Assembly (NCBI GenBank): GCA_036172245.1
Contig: JAYWIR010000001.1
Coordinates: 2,294,001 to 2,358,000 of the forward strand
Direction of reading: 5' to 3'
Length of the DNA: 64,000 nucleotides
Source: Raillietiella orientalis
Lineage: Eukaryota
The notes under the pieces were generated by a model. It ran no database searches. It worked only from the letters and a program-made list of their open reading frames with translations, and was not told where the DNA came from. A program made the translations under genes and the position numbers. Shown here piece by piece: positions 35,964-48,450 of this stretch; within the stretch, counting starts at the first letter, position 1, and each line of letters opens with the position of its first letter.

Positions 35964-38900
35964 GGTTGGAAGAAAAGCAGAGAAGAGGGAAGAATCCGGA
36001 AGGGTTTCCTTCATTTCAAGCCAATGCTTACCATCTCCCCGTGAGGCTGCTACTGATCTTCAAACAACAACAAGAAAAAAAGACAGAATGAGACTCCTGA
36101 CTTGTGCTGCTCCACTTCTACCAGGTTCCTCACATCTCGCAGTACACTCTCGCAGACTCCTCGAGGAATAAGATGCAGTTTCTTTCATCTCCACAAAAAT
36201 TCTTCTGCAGGACATGTAGGTCAACTCAAATCCTCCTCATTCAAACCTTTCAGCTTATAAGAAAACCTTCTTACGATGTAAGGAGCATCTCCTACATCAT
36301 CCTCAAAGAGATGAAACCCAAGGCCATCACCACCAAACACATCTTGAAAGATTTGTCGTGCGCGAGACTCATCTCACTGAAGAGATCGTGGATCTTTCTT
36401 TCCCCTGCTCATCTTGGCGAGACCCACCTCGACTCAGGCTTGCTTCTTCTGCAGAGGATGTGCGAGTGAGCTACCAAACCTGTCATAGCTGCTGTGGTCG
36501 CATCAGCCAGGACATAGAGCATTACTGGTCTTAAGAGATGCTCCTGTGAAAGATGCCTGAGGTTTCAAGGTAACGAAGATGAAACAAAGCAGCGAAACAC
36601 AGCACTGTTCGATCATAATGATGGAGCACCTTTCTGCAACTTCAGCAGTCATTTTTGGTGTGTTGCCGATCCGCTACAAGCTTTCTTACTACTGATGTTT
36701 TTCTTGCCATTCACCCTCTTCCTTTCACCTTTGTGTACGTCCTTTGTGCTTCCGATTCGTGTTCGTCACGTCACTGATCACAACGGAGAAAAGAGCCCTG
36801 TTCCAGAAAAGACTGAAAACCAGATTAGCCAGTGCTTGCCGGAAACTCAGGGAGCTTGTGATGCTCAAGAACAGGAGCTAGATGGAAGTAGAAATCAATT
36901 CTTCTTTCTTTTCCGTCTGAGCCGCCCGAATTCTTCAAGAACTCAAGAATCTTCAGGACGGTTCCCAGTGATTCTCCACAAGACTTCATTAATCAGATGT
37001 AGCAATCCACCTTTTATTTGGATCGATAAAATGCAAAAAAAAAACAAGGCTGCAGAGATGAATAAGAACCACCGAAGAGCACGCAGCCACAATTCAAGAT
37101 ACAAAATGGCAAGCGTTAAAGATGCTATGCTCCACAGTCTGTTTTCCGCCCAGACAGGCGAAAATAAATCGTCAGTCACTTGAGCACTCGACCTTAGGAT
37201 GCATATCCTCTCTACAGAAAAGAAAGCAAGAACTCAGAAAAAATACAGTTTTCTTTTTCCACAAAGGGATGGTACTAGCATCCAGCTCTTTTCGCATCCG
37301 TCAAATGCCTTTTGCCTTCGCAAACCTTCAGAGAAAACATATTCAGTCGAGGCCATTAGAAAACAGAGCAAACCAAATCTTCCTGACTGTGAAATATCCC
37401 GCCTCATTTACAACTGAAGGATTTTGTTCTGAACATCTCTATAGTGATTAGTGATCAGTGATTTTGTATTTTTAAAGACATGATGTACTTTACTGATGCA
37501 CAACAAGACTTATTGGATATCATGGAAAGGTTAAAAAATATGCAAACTGACTTACTATCTCTCTTGTTTCCTTATCCCTCTTTCTGCCATCCTTGTTGTT
37601 AGATGAACAGAGCTCCCGTTCCCTTATTTATGCAGCTGAGCTCCCACAAAGATTCTGGATTAATGCGAGGACCATGATGAATCCAAGTCATTACCGGACG
37701 TCAAGTCGGGAACCTTTTGTGCATTGCGCGTCACTGTCATTCAGCTGCATCAAAGGGAAACTGCTCTTCGGAGGTAAACAGCACCGCTGTACTTATCACA
37801 AAAACATTCAACGTCTTGACACTTTCTATTGCTCTCACAACAAGTTTCCAGAATCGTTTTTTAGTGCTCATATGTCTTGATGTTGAGGACAGGGTTTCTA
37901 GGAAACTCTCCCACACATTCATCTGGTATTCGTGCACATCTTTTCACCCTTCAAGAGACCACCCTTTCGTCCCTGTTCATGGATCTAGCATCAAGGTCGT
38001 TTCAAATGCTGCCCGCGACTCGAAACAAGTACTTCCCAACGTCGCAGGTTTTCTTTGTCTTTGAAACAGTAAGGAACCTATTCATTTGTGGCACAACAAC
38101 TCTATCAAAGTTGAATGGTTGGGTGCATGGAAAAATTCTTCGACAAGCAACGTCCTCTACAGTCAACAGATCGATTTGGCTCGTTATGATGATAGCTGCT
38201 CGCATTCATCTCAGGGACAGTTTTCCAAACAGCACAAGATCCATTTTTGTTTTTCCAGTTCTTACAGGAACGAGCAAACCTAAACCAGGTGGACGAAGAT
38301 CAAAGACAGTCTGAAGAAGACCGAAGGAACATTGAGGTCAGATATACGGTGGGTGAACTGACGACCTTGCTCCGCCGTTGGATTTCTTCGCTAGGTCGCA
38401 AGCCAGTTTTTGTTCAGAACCTCAACCCTAGCATTCCTTCTCTAGAAGAAAATGCGGAAGCATCCATCTTGGCAATTTGAATTAAAAGCTGTGGACGTGC
38501 AGTATGGGTCGACCAATTATCTAGATCTCTGGATGACCTTCACTTCTAGTGCTCGAAAGAAACTTGGTATTTGAATAATCAGAGAACTGAACTCCTGAAG
38601 TCGAAACTTTTGGTAGCCCAAGCACCTTCGAGCGAACGGAAACTTTCCCCTTGCAGTGCGTGAGAAAACAAAAAGTTCCAACTCCCCTTAATCTTTGATG
38701 TTGGCAGGGGTAGAAGGAAGAACCACAATTTGCCAACTCAAATTCATAGGTTTCCTTGCTGTCTAAAGATAATAAATCTACAACTTGCTTTCTTGTCGAC
38801 TGGCCCACTGCTACAGAAAGCAACAACTCGCTCTTCGATTAGTACTTTATTGACTTTGGAACAGCGTCGTTTTCTGCAACGTGGAGTCAATTGTGCGGGA

Positions 38901-39454
38901 ATCGCCTTCCCGCTGCTGCATGGCATTCCAGAACTGCGCCCTTGCCCAGGCCAAGGCGTAGCGAACGCGGAAACGTTTTGAAGATGAACATCGAGCCGAG
39001 ACGTGATATCGCGGGTCACTTGAGGATGCCGTGCATTGGAATGACAGAATTCTATCATTCCTCTAACAGGATCGCCTAGCCTTCCCCCGAAAACCATTCA
39101 TTCGAAACGCTTCCTACAAACCAACATTCGGGTCGGAAGAAAATATGCTTTTCATTTCCATAGTCCTTCGCATTCGGGCTGCCTCCAGGGGAAAACTAAT
39201 AAAGCCGTTTGCGCAAATGTGGAAATCTTAACTGGAGAAGAGGAAAGGCATCCCCTTTGAGGAGATGGAGAACGGGATAAAGGGTGGATTTTCATAAGAC
39301 TCGAATAGCAAAAAACGAAATCCAACGACTCGATCATTCCATTTTAATAACATCCAGCATTTCGACAGACGCCAAGCTGTTTGTTGAAAACCTCATAACT
39401 GACGGAACTTGGACTTGGGAAACAGGAAATGCACGACTACAAATGGCTGCTTGA

Positions 39455-39870
39455 ATTCTCTCTGAAGGGCGCTCCTTGAAGGGAGCGGCACGCTTCTTTG
39501 CACTCTGGAGAGATACCATCAATGCATGCACCAGCCCCATGGTACGAGATGGAGGCTCCCACCCACCGAAGCAGAGGCCCGTTCCTTTGCATAACCAGAG
39601 GGAAACCCTGAAGGGAGCTGGACTCCTTGATTCTGTTTCCTGGAAGGACTTCGGAAGATGGGTTCCCAATCCAGGCCACTCATCAGGGTCCTCCGGTTAT
39701 GACCGCTACCAGTGCCACACCCGAATGAATAAAGGTCGATCAGCGTCATCTTGCAGAAGGAATCGAACCCGCGACGCACCCCCATCTCTCGGGGTCGATT
39801 CTTTTCCCTGCCTACTCTGGGAAAAGCTTGGTGCTATGCGCGAAGACCATAACCACGTGGTCTCCGATGC
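39455..39870 (-). mobile_element. SINE family A, 5' half
   Basis: Head gcatcggagaccacgtggttatggtc, second B box gcgggttcgattcc, and body homologous to the other copies. Confidence 0.8.
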
Positions 39871-39889
39871 AAACGTGATGCAAAGTGGA

Positions 39890-40430
39890 CCCCAGTGTCC
39901 ACTAACCAGAGAGCTCCAGAGACGAACTTCCTCTTAAGACCGTAATTGGTGATGAGAAAAGGAGAGCGGTTTATAGTGCTGGACGTCTGTTGCCCTTACA
40001 AGGGTGGAGGAGAGGAGTTCAGCGCAGTTGGTAGGAGGAAACAGGAGAAATACAAGAAAGTAGCAGTCCATCTAGACAGAGGGGGGAAGCAACGCTGGGA
40101 GCATGGTTTTATCGTTAGCACTCAGGGAGCCTGGGATGCAAGTGCTTCAGGATCTTGGAATTAGAAACCAGCACTCGGTGACTATGAGGCACCGGACGGT
40201 GGTTTCGTGCATCCGGTATTCCAGAGGCATCATTCAGCTCACGTCACAAGGAGGACCAAGCAAACAGATGTAGCAGGAGAACCCCAACGGTCAGCTCTCG
40301 CGAGTAGGAGGACAGGAAGACGAGGAAGCAACATGCAGAGGAGTGACGGGCGTCCCAGAAGAACAGAGGAGGAATCTCGGGAAAATGTCAAGAGCCCGTA
40401 ACATGTTATCAAATTGTAAATCAAAACAAG
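39890..40430 (+). mobile_element. 3' fragment of a NeSL/Utopia-like non-LTR retrotransposon (restriction-like endonuclease)
   Basis: NQRAPETNFLLRP*LVMRKGERFIVLDVCCPY...RRKQEKY...GFIVSTQGAW is the RLE PD-(D/E)xK domain with the catalytic D replaced by a stop. C-terminal CIRYSRGI..HVT motif and A-rich end at ~40420-40435. Confidence 0.8.
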
Positions 40431-43400
40431 AAAAATCCCTGGAAATCCGTGAGCATCTATAATTACTCCCTGATGAAATGTGTCCAGTGCAAAGGGTTCT
40501 TCGAAACCCGCTGGCTGCGTTCTCTTTCAGGCTTATCTTGTAAAAAGTTAGGACCTAGAAGTAGCGAGGCAGAGACGACATCCCACATTAAATAACGAGT
40601 GGTTTCCAGGACGGATAAGATACCCAACAACGTCGGTAAGTTGCGGTTGGCTTCCGCATAGGAATGCTTAGATCTCTCTCAAAACGCTCTGTGTCTTTAT
40701 GAACAGCTTTTGCACTTGTGGTCTGAGGAGAATTTCTCTACTATCAGGTTCGTTTGTTCTCCCGGTCCCTGTTTCGTTCTTTTTTGGCTGATCAGCTTTC
40801 TGTCCGATACATGACTACCTCTTGGCGCACCTGTTGCATCAAGAATTGTAGTTTGGCATGATGAAAGCACGGAGGCTATGGTTTGGAAGTCAACGTAAGT
40901 AGAATGGATTGAAATCGGCTTCTGATGATTCGGATGAAAGCTTCATCGTTGTTGGAGGATGCTTCCAGCGAGTGAAGCGATCTTGGAAACAGGAAAACCT
41001 CACGAGAAAAATAATACATCATCTCGGGCAGCTCCGTTGCATAGTTTTCATTTGTGGGCACCGGCAACCTTCCTATTTGAAGTGTGGGAGCAATCAAGTG
41101 CAATTCTTCTCTCCCATGAATGCTCTTGAGAGGAGCACAGTTTGCGCATTTCGAAATGCATGCGATTCGACTAATGCAAAAGCCTCGCTCGAAGATTCTC
41201 GTTGAAATTCGTGATTCTCGACTTACGTAGACCGGTTGTTCCCGTATTTAAAACCGGTTCCAGTCACGGTGCAGTGCAATTCCTTGGATATGTGGACGCG
41301 CTTCTTGTTTGTTACCTCATTGCCTGCGGGAAAAGAAGAAGGTTTTGGTTTGGTAGTCGAATAGCGTCTCCAATTTCTCCAAGACCGTCGTGGGCACTGA
41401 GTGCTCTTTTTGGTGTTCCTGGAAGTAATTCGGATGCGCTAGAGTGGCTCCTTCTTGAGGAGATTCCTAAACGAGTAATCTTTCGGAATCACCTGAAACA
41501 TTGATTTGTTAACCTTATTGGTCACTGGTAGGGTGATGCTGCTGCAGCGAACAAAGCTTTGGTCCTCATTCTCTCGGACATAGACTAAAATTTTCATCAT
41601 GCTTGCTGTATTTCCAAATATGTCAGTGGAGATTCCTTCACTTAAAATTGTGCACTACTTGCTCCCTCTCATTGTGCTCTGCCTACTCAGTGACTCAGTG
41701 ATTGAAGCATTGGGAAGGCAATGATAGCATAACTGCACGTGAATAAGCTGTCCAGAATGCCCTTAGAAAGAAAGGTGAACGAATGCAGTGAATTGTCCAC
41801 CATTGGTTGAATGCTGCATCTGATGCACTGAGTTGTCTACCGTCTGTTTTTGGAATCCTGAATACCGTAGCATTCTTGGTCGTAAGTGTAGCTAGCTTCC
41901 TAATTAGTTTGTAATAGTAATTACACGATTAATGATCCACAGATGAAGTTCTCGCAGAATCTGCTGTGAAACTGTAGCACTGCAATAATGATGAGGCAAG
42001 GAAATGATTCTTGTTAGGGATTTTTCTTGTGCTTTTCTGCGGGTGCTTTAAGATGAGAGGAGTTGCGCAGCGACCAATACCTTAAATCTTGAAAATAACC
42101 AATCACTTTCGCGGAAACATTTAGTTCCATAGCCCTTCAAGCTGATGTTACATGTTTTTTTCATCACTGGTCATTTATGAGCAACCGAACGACATGGAAT
42201 AAATTTCTCGAGTCAGTAAGGAAGTGACTTTAGAAATCCCGGATTCTGTTGTGGAAAAAAACAGGAAAAAAAGGCTGAAAGCTGAGGTTGGTATACTGCC
42301 ATGGTTCGGGAGAGGGACAAATAAGCAGGACAGCGACACGACTTGTGAACACTACTGGAAGACTGGAGACTTTCCAAAGGTTCGTCCTTCTTTTACTCAT
42401 GACGGCACAGCAGTTGGAACCATGGACTTTTGAAAGTGCAATCCGAGAACAAGGAAGCAGCAGAAAATAGTCCCGCTGATTATAATTATTATTATTATTA
42501 TAAATGAATTGTGCTGTCGTATAAAAAGGAGTTCATAGTGGCTGCAGTGATCTGAAAGGGCAAGAAACAGAATCGAAAGCTCTGTGTTACTCTTGGATCA
42601 CCGGAGCTGAAGCACAAAATCATTCCAAATAAGTGCGGCTGGTGAATAAATCCAAGCTGGGAAGAGAAGATGCTCAAGAATGGCGAGTAGTAATCTTTTA
42701 ATTAGACGACGCCAAATCGCGCCATCGGGCATCACTTCAGATTGGTCACATGAATTTTAGACTAGGAAGTCAGCCGGAGCCGACGAAAATCTCCACTGCC
42801 ATTCCTTTCTCCGAACAGCTCCCATAGGTGACCAGAAGTCTTACAAGATTAATGGGAACGCCCGCCTGAAATGATCGCTTCGCGTTGACAAAGTGCAGGG
42901 ATGAAGTTTCCGAGCCAATGTGCTGAGACTTGAACAGGCGTCGAAAATTCCCTGTCAGAAATTTTCCTGGAACACGGGCTGATAACGAGAATAGATAGTT
43001 GGAGGGTGTGTTCCTGTTGGTACAGCTATCGAATAAGATATCGTTTCCAGATTTCCTCGCTTCCTCTCAAGCAGCGCAAATCTTTCGGTAATGGCATTCT
43101 CTTCACACATCCGGAATGAAAATGTGCATACCTACTCCAAGGTCGGCAGGTATCCTGGTTCCTGGAAGCTGAGCCTTCTCTTATGGATTCCATCATTCAA
43201 TCAATAAGCTGCACTCGAAGAGTGATGTCATCCTTGCACTGATGTAGAATCCAGTGTTCTTAAAGTTCATCACGGAACAGAACCTCCGATCAGGAGATAA
43301 ACATATTCTAAGAATCTGCACTTCCAGGATGGATTCCTTTTCTTTTCTTTAGGTACTTAAAGACGCAATCACTTCAGAAGAAGAAGCGGCATTTGACACA

Positions 43401-44449
43401 TTGAGGAATAATGTAAGGAAACTGTTTATCTTGTTTGGAAGCATCAGCGTCTGCCTATCTGTCGTAAGTGAATGGTGAGAATCAGCTACTCACTTCACTA
43501 GAAGGCAATTAATGAGCCACTGAAGTCAGTTTTCATGAACCAAAGAAGAATAAACAAGGATGTTACATGAGGAACTGAAAACACTCAAGGGGTAGAAGCC
43601 CCTTACCTGGAAAGTTGCATATTCCAACAGAAGCTTTCGACCTCTCTCTACGACTCACTCAAATGCAACTCTACTAGAAATTGAGGTTCAGGCAGAGTCT
43701 TCTTATCCACTCACAAAATTGACGCATATACCGAGGTCGGGTAACTCATCGGTTAGGATGATGCACTCGCAGATGTGAGACGAAGATGAACTCAAGGAAA
43801 GGACCAACTTTTGCAGCTACTTCTCTTTTTGACGCATGACTGAGATCACTCCAGCAACCATTATCAAGAGTTCCCGGGCTGCTTGCGAAATCAGCATCTA
43901 CTAGTGAAAAAATCTTACGCCCCACCTACATTGAAAACTTCCCAATCTGAACATAGCTCTAAAAGAGACATAAAGCTTTTAAAAGAACTCTCGGGGAGAA
44001 TCGGAGATGGCAGACTTCGAATCGATCTTCATTCTATTGTTAACCCTATGAGAGGGTGGTCCACTCTACGGAAGACCTTGTTAGCTGTCAGTTTCCACTA
44101 ATGAACTCAGGTGGGAATGCAACTCCTCTTGGATTTCGCTTTGAAGCGCTCATATCACTCAAATCAACAAGACATCAGGAGCCCCGAAGAAATTTCACAT
44201 CTCCTCTTGAGATTCATTTCACGGATATGTGCGGATGTTTTCAAAGCAAGAATTCTGCAAGCTGGAGAGACGAAAACCGAGTTGAGGAACGACCAACACG
44301 AAGGACAGCGGAAATACTGAATCTGTGCTCATTGTACCTCGTAGTGTACAAAGAAAGAAAGGCTCGCAACTTTACAAATTATCTTCAGAGCTGTAGAGGG
44401 CATCTGCATTTTTGCCACCGAGCGAGTTCCATCCTGGAGCCAATTTCGG

Positions 44450-45200
44450 CACCGAAGCTTCCGCACGTACGGGTCAAAGGGGGCTCGCAGAGCCGAAGTC
44501 TTCCTTCGCCGTGCTCCTCACGAGTGAAAACCGAGCTTGCAAGGAGCGAATGCTCTTCCAAAAGTCCGAGAGTGCCTCTTCGAAACCGACGTGCCGTCTA
44601 GGCTGCGTATGACGGCAACGCGTCTTGCTTCACACCAGGCAGCAACGTCGAGAGCCGTCGAACGTCAAACAAAATGGCCGCTTCCTCTTCCGGAAATACC
44701 GACAATCAGTCTCCCCCTTCCTTTTCTTCTTCGGAGAACGCAAAGCTTTCCCATTCACCAGAGCGTGCTTTCCTCACCACGCTTTCTGATCGTGTCGGAC
44801 TGCTCCTCCGCCTTCGTCAGTTCATTCGTTGCTGACCTTTGTCCCTCCGGCCAGCAACGCTTGCCTCAGCAGCATCCCTGCAAAAAGGAGATGCTTGATG
44901 GCACAAGTCCAGGATTGCAGCGCTCGTTCCTTCCTCGTTCTCGAGGCGGACTCGGAAACATGGCGGCAGCTGCGGCAACAGCGAGTTGAGAAGGAAGTCC
45001 ACGCTGGGTGCGTTGGCGCGGTGGAGTCGGAACGTCTGCTGATCGAGCCGTGGATTTCCCGGCCACCATCTTCCACCACAGCCTGCCCATTTTCTGATCT
45101 GAGCCCCTGCAAGCTGGTTCGCGCATCTTTGACGAAGTGTCCTTGAGGCAGGATACGGCATCGCTTCCTTCCTGCTGGAGAGAAGAAGTCGGCGTTCCCT
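44450..45200 (-). mobile_element. Ty3/gypsy pol relic (protease/RT boundary)
   Basis: GC-rich island. Minus frame SVFPEE...LLPGVKQDALPSY...LASSVFTREEHGEGRLRLCE (cf. DVF..PG..PPY...WASPV..K.DG.LRLC). Confidence 0.45.
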
Positions 45201-45799
45201 GCGACTAGGCTCTCGCTGCAGCCGGCTAGGTGAAAACAGGGGAGAATTCTCGGCGATTTTCGTTTCGAAGAGCAGGGACCAGTGGTGCTCTCACTTGAAG
45301 AGATGTCTTCGGCCAGGGAAGTGGTCGGAGTGTAGTAAAGAACGCAAAGAGGTCACGATGGAAGTCCTGGATTGCTTGGAGGATACTTCGCCGATAGCCA
45401 ATCGCTGGCATTAGGCGTCGCCAATGTTTGCAAAGCAGAGGTCTCCAGAGCACTGGAACTGTGAAACACGGCTTCAGTGATGTCAGTGTGATGCATGGTG
45501 CTACACTTTGGCTAGAAAAATTTCAACGACTCTTCATGGCAACGTGGAAGTGATTTCATAGAAAACGAAGTTTTGGATGCCACACGAGCGCTGCTAGTTT
45601 ATGGGAGTTTTGTTTGGAATAGCCATGTCCTTCTGGAATTAATGACTCGTTGCCGAAGCGATTGAGAGAATGTCCCTTGGATCGTTGAGGAGACCCAAAT
45701 GGGACGAGCAGAAACGTTTCAGCGCTTCTGTCTAATCATTCGTGCCCCATGGCATCATAGAAAGGGAGCGATGCACGTTTACTGATCAGCGTTTTGGGG

Positions 45800-48450
45800 T
45801 TTTCTAACAGAGAGTCTGTATTCGTTTGGTTGCCATCTCACCCCGCGAAAATGGGATAGGCAAGAAATTTATGACGTGGATGTTCCCGAGGGCTTTGAAA
45901 CGCACCTTGAATTCGTTCTGTGTTTTCAACCGCTTGGCTGCTGTCGTTTCCGTACCGTGAATGGAAAGCTCCTTCCTCTGAAGAAAGTGCAAGAAGGAAC
46001 TCCCGGAGCTTGACGAAAGAGATTTTTGAGAATTTGTTGACGCTTCCAAAGAGAGCTGTTTGCTCTTTTTCCGATGGACAAGGGAGCACAAAGTCAGAAG
46101 ACTCGATAAGGTCAGCAGTAGTGCACATTTCTTTGTCTCGTAGATTCCCCATGGCTCGTTACGTTTATTGGAAAACCTTCTTGCTTTGGCTAGTCTTCAA
46201 AGACCAGCCAGAGCGAGAAGAAAAAGCAAGAAGTAGAGAGGAATTAACTTCCCGAATTTGTCTTACTTAGTGGTCGTCATTTCTGAAATCCACACTCCTT
46301 CAATTCATATGGGCATCAACTGGATAAGAAAATTCATTTGTATGTGTCCTTTCTGGAATAAATCTCTTCTGCAGCACCCATCGTCGTTGACATACGCAAG
46401 TACTCTGGACCTCATGTTGTGCTACAGGTAAATGACCATCTTGAACAAAAGGTTACTGTGCATTCAGCTAAATGATCCGCCTTGTCTGTAGCATCACAAA
46501 AGTCTGATCCACCGCAAACCCCAATCTGCACCATTCCATGTTAGATCTTCGTTGCTACTTATTTCCATGTCTCTTCACTGTTCGCCAACTTTTGAAGCAT
46601 CTTAGCAAACTTCCCTAAGGAATTCACGTTGATTGTCATTATCGTTGTGCTTCAGATTCCTTCTTTCCATTCTCATTGTATCTTTTCTCGTTGGAGGATC
46701 CCTTCCCAGTTGATAAGGTAAATAGAATTGAAATAAGAATTCTCTTTTCGTAGGTGAACGTGTGGCTCCGACCGAAATTCGTGAAAGACATCTTTTCATC
46801 CAAAAGGCATCCCGCAAGGTTTCGTTTCTTCTTCGTAAGACAGTCTCATTTCCCAGCACAACGTTATCTGCCTACCCAGCAATTCGAGATCCATCTTTCC
46901 TCTTGAGACGAAATAATGGGCAGATTCTTTAGGAAAATTCAAGAACGTGTTTGCGGCAGAACCGAAGAAGTTCGTGGATGAAGAGCATTTCATCAGGAAC
47001 AAGTTCTGTCAACTTGGAAAGAGCTTGAGAAAATGAAAACCTGTGATGTGACGAGGAGGATGTGCAGGGATGAAGAGATGAGGATAGTGGTGATTTCAGA
47101 AAATGAAATTCCAAAAAATCCTCAGAAAAGATCCCAATGATATGCTGCACCGATGTTCACACTTGCATTTTGGCCTGAAAGGATGAGAACAACGAAAAGA
47201 ATCACTCCGTGTACGTCGACCCTTGTCACCGAGAGGCAGATCCAAAGTCTATTTTAAGAAGGATCTCTTCATTCTTCATCCGCGCATTCGTAGACATCTT
47301 CGTAGAAATCTTAGGGAAAACCAGTAGCAATGCTGTTCATCTTTGGAACGGCAAAAAAGAGCATATCTGACGCATCCCGTGCTTTATTTTTCAGAAACAA
47401 ACACTGCCTTGCTGATTAAGAGCTGCATTCGTGCTGTCTGCAAAGTCTTGCAAGAAGATGAAACAAAGGAACAAACGTAAAACTGGAATCACAATGCCCA
47501 CTGATTGAAGAGAATGGCAAGTCATGGCGAGCGTTTCTGGGAATCCATCTCCTGGGGTTTCTGCAGGATTTCATTCTGCTACATCCTGGCATCACTGTAG
47601 AACGACTTCTGTGAGTTTGACAAACGACACACATTAATTCGAAGGCATCCATTTATCTTTAAAGATAACGTTACCCAGCTGGATATCTTCAACTGATCGT
47701 TCGGGTGAAACACTTTGAATTGGCAGAAAAAAGGAAAAAAAACAGGGTCAGATGCGTCTCTGGACTCCAGACCTCCAGCTGGAGTGGGTGGTACATTGAG
47801 ATACAAACCGTAATCACGTCTTTTCCTCTCAGGAGCAGCCAAATTTGCCCATCACCTACTCATTCACATTGCTCCAGGAGAACGCTACTGAATGATGCGT
47901 TCCTTAAAAAGAAAGTGTTGCTGACGAAACGACTGAGTGCCAAGAACGTCTCTTCCCGGCTTCCCGCATTGCGGGCTGCAACACGAGTGGTGGGAGCTGT
48001 TGTTCCCTCGACTGAACCTTTCTCCGAATCAAGCCGGATTCACAGAAGAGTTGCTTCTCAATAAAGCAGGGGCGCGTAAGATGAAACCGACTCTGCTGAA
48101 GAGGAATAAAAAGGAACAGATGAATCAGGAAAAACGGAAGCACGTGCAAAATATGTCTCTCATTCAAAGACGGAAAGCCCGACGACTGATCGGAGAGGAG
48201 GACGGAGGGGAGCATTAAACGCCTTCTGCATCACTGACTGATTCTGCAATAGTCTCACGCTAAAGCTTGAGTGATAATATAGCATTTTACGTTTTCTCTC
48301 TTGAAGGAAATTGAAGAGCATTTTTAAGAAGCGAAGGTAGGAGATATCGGTATCCGACCTTCGCTTCCTAAAAATGCAAGATATTGGAGGATGACTCCAT
48401 CCCAGATCTATAAGAACGATCTTCTTGAATTCTAAATAGTCAGATGTAGA
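45800..48450 (-). pseudogene. Degenerate NACHT-like NTPase relic 4 (probably part of a larger decayed ORF extending towards ~51.8 kb)
   Basis: NAGS/GK.TFL Walker A across a frameshift (~47975-47945), IWLLLRGKDVI Walker B-like (~47845-47812), KISSWVTLS sensor-1-like (~47690-47665), MLFIHE/..AANTFL winged-helix motif (~46990-46940). Confidence 0.45.

Larger units (their letters stand above)
39100..41100 (+). pseudogene. Degenerate NACHT-like NTPase relic 3, interrupted by SINE and RLE-LINE insertions
   Basis: IVLRIRAASRGKLIKPFAQMW (~39160-39222), HSILITSS (~39335-39358), then after the inserts QRVLRNPLAAF (~40490-40522) and LYEQLLHLW (~40697-40723). Confidence 0.33.

Noticed and set aside
36000..38500. 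Endogenous viral element or additional NTPase (GLLVPVRTGKT at ~38270-38240, minus strand)
   Set aside because: Looks like eroded coding DNA, but I found no ordered motif set (RdRp, helicase or NACHT). It is left unassigned pending BLASTX.
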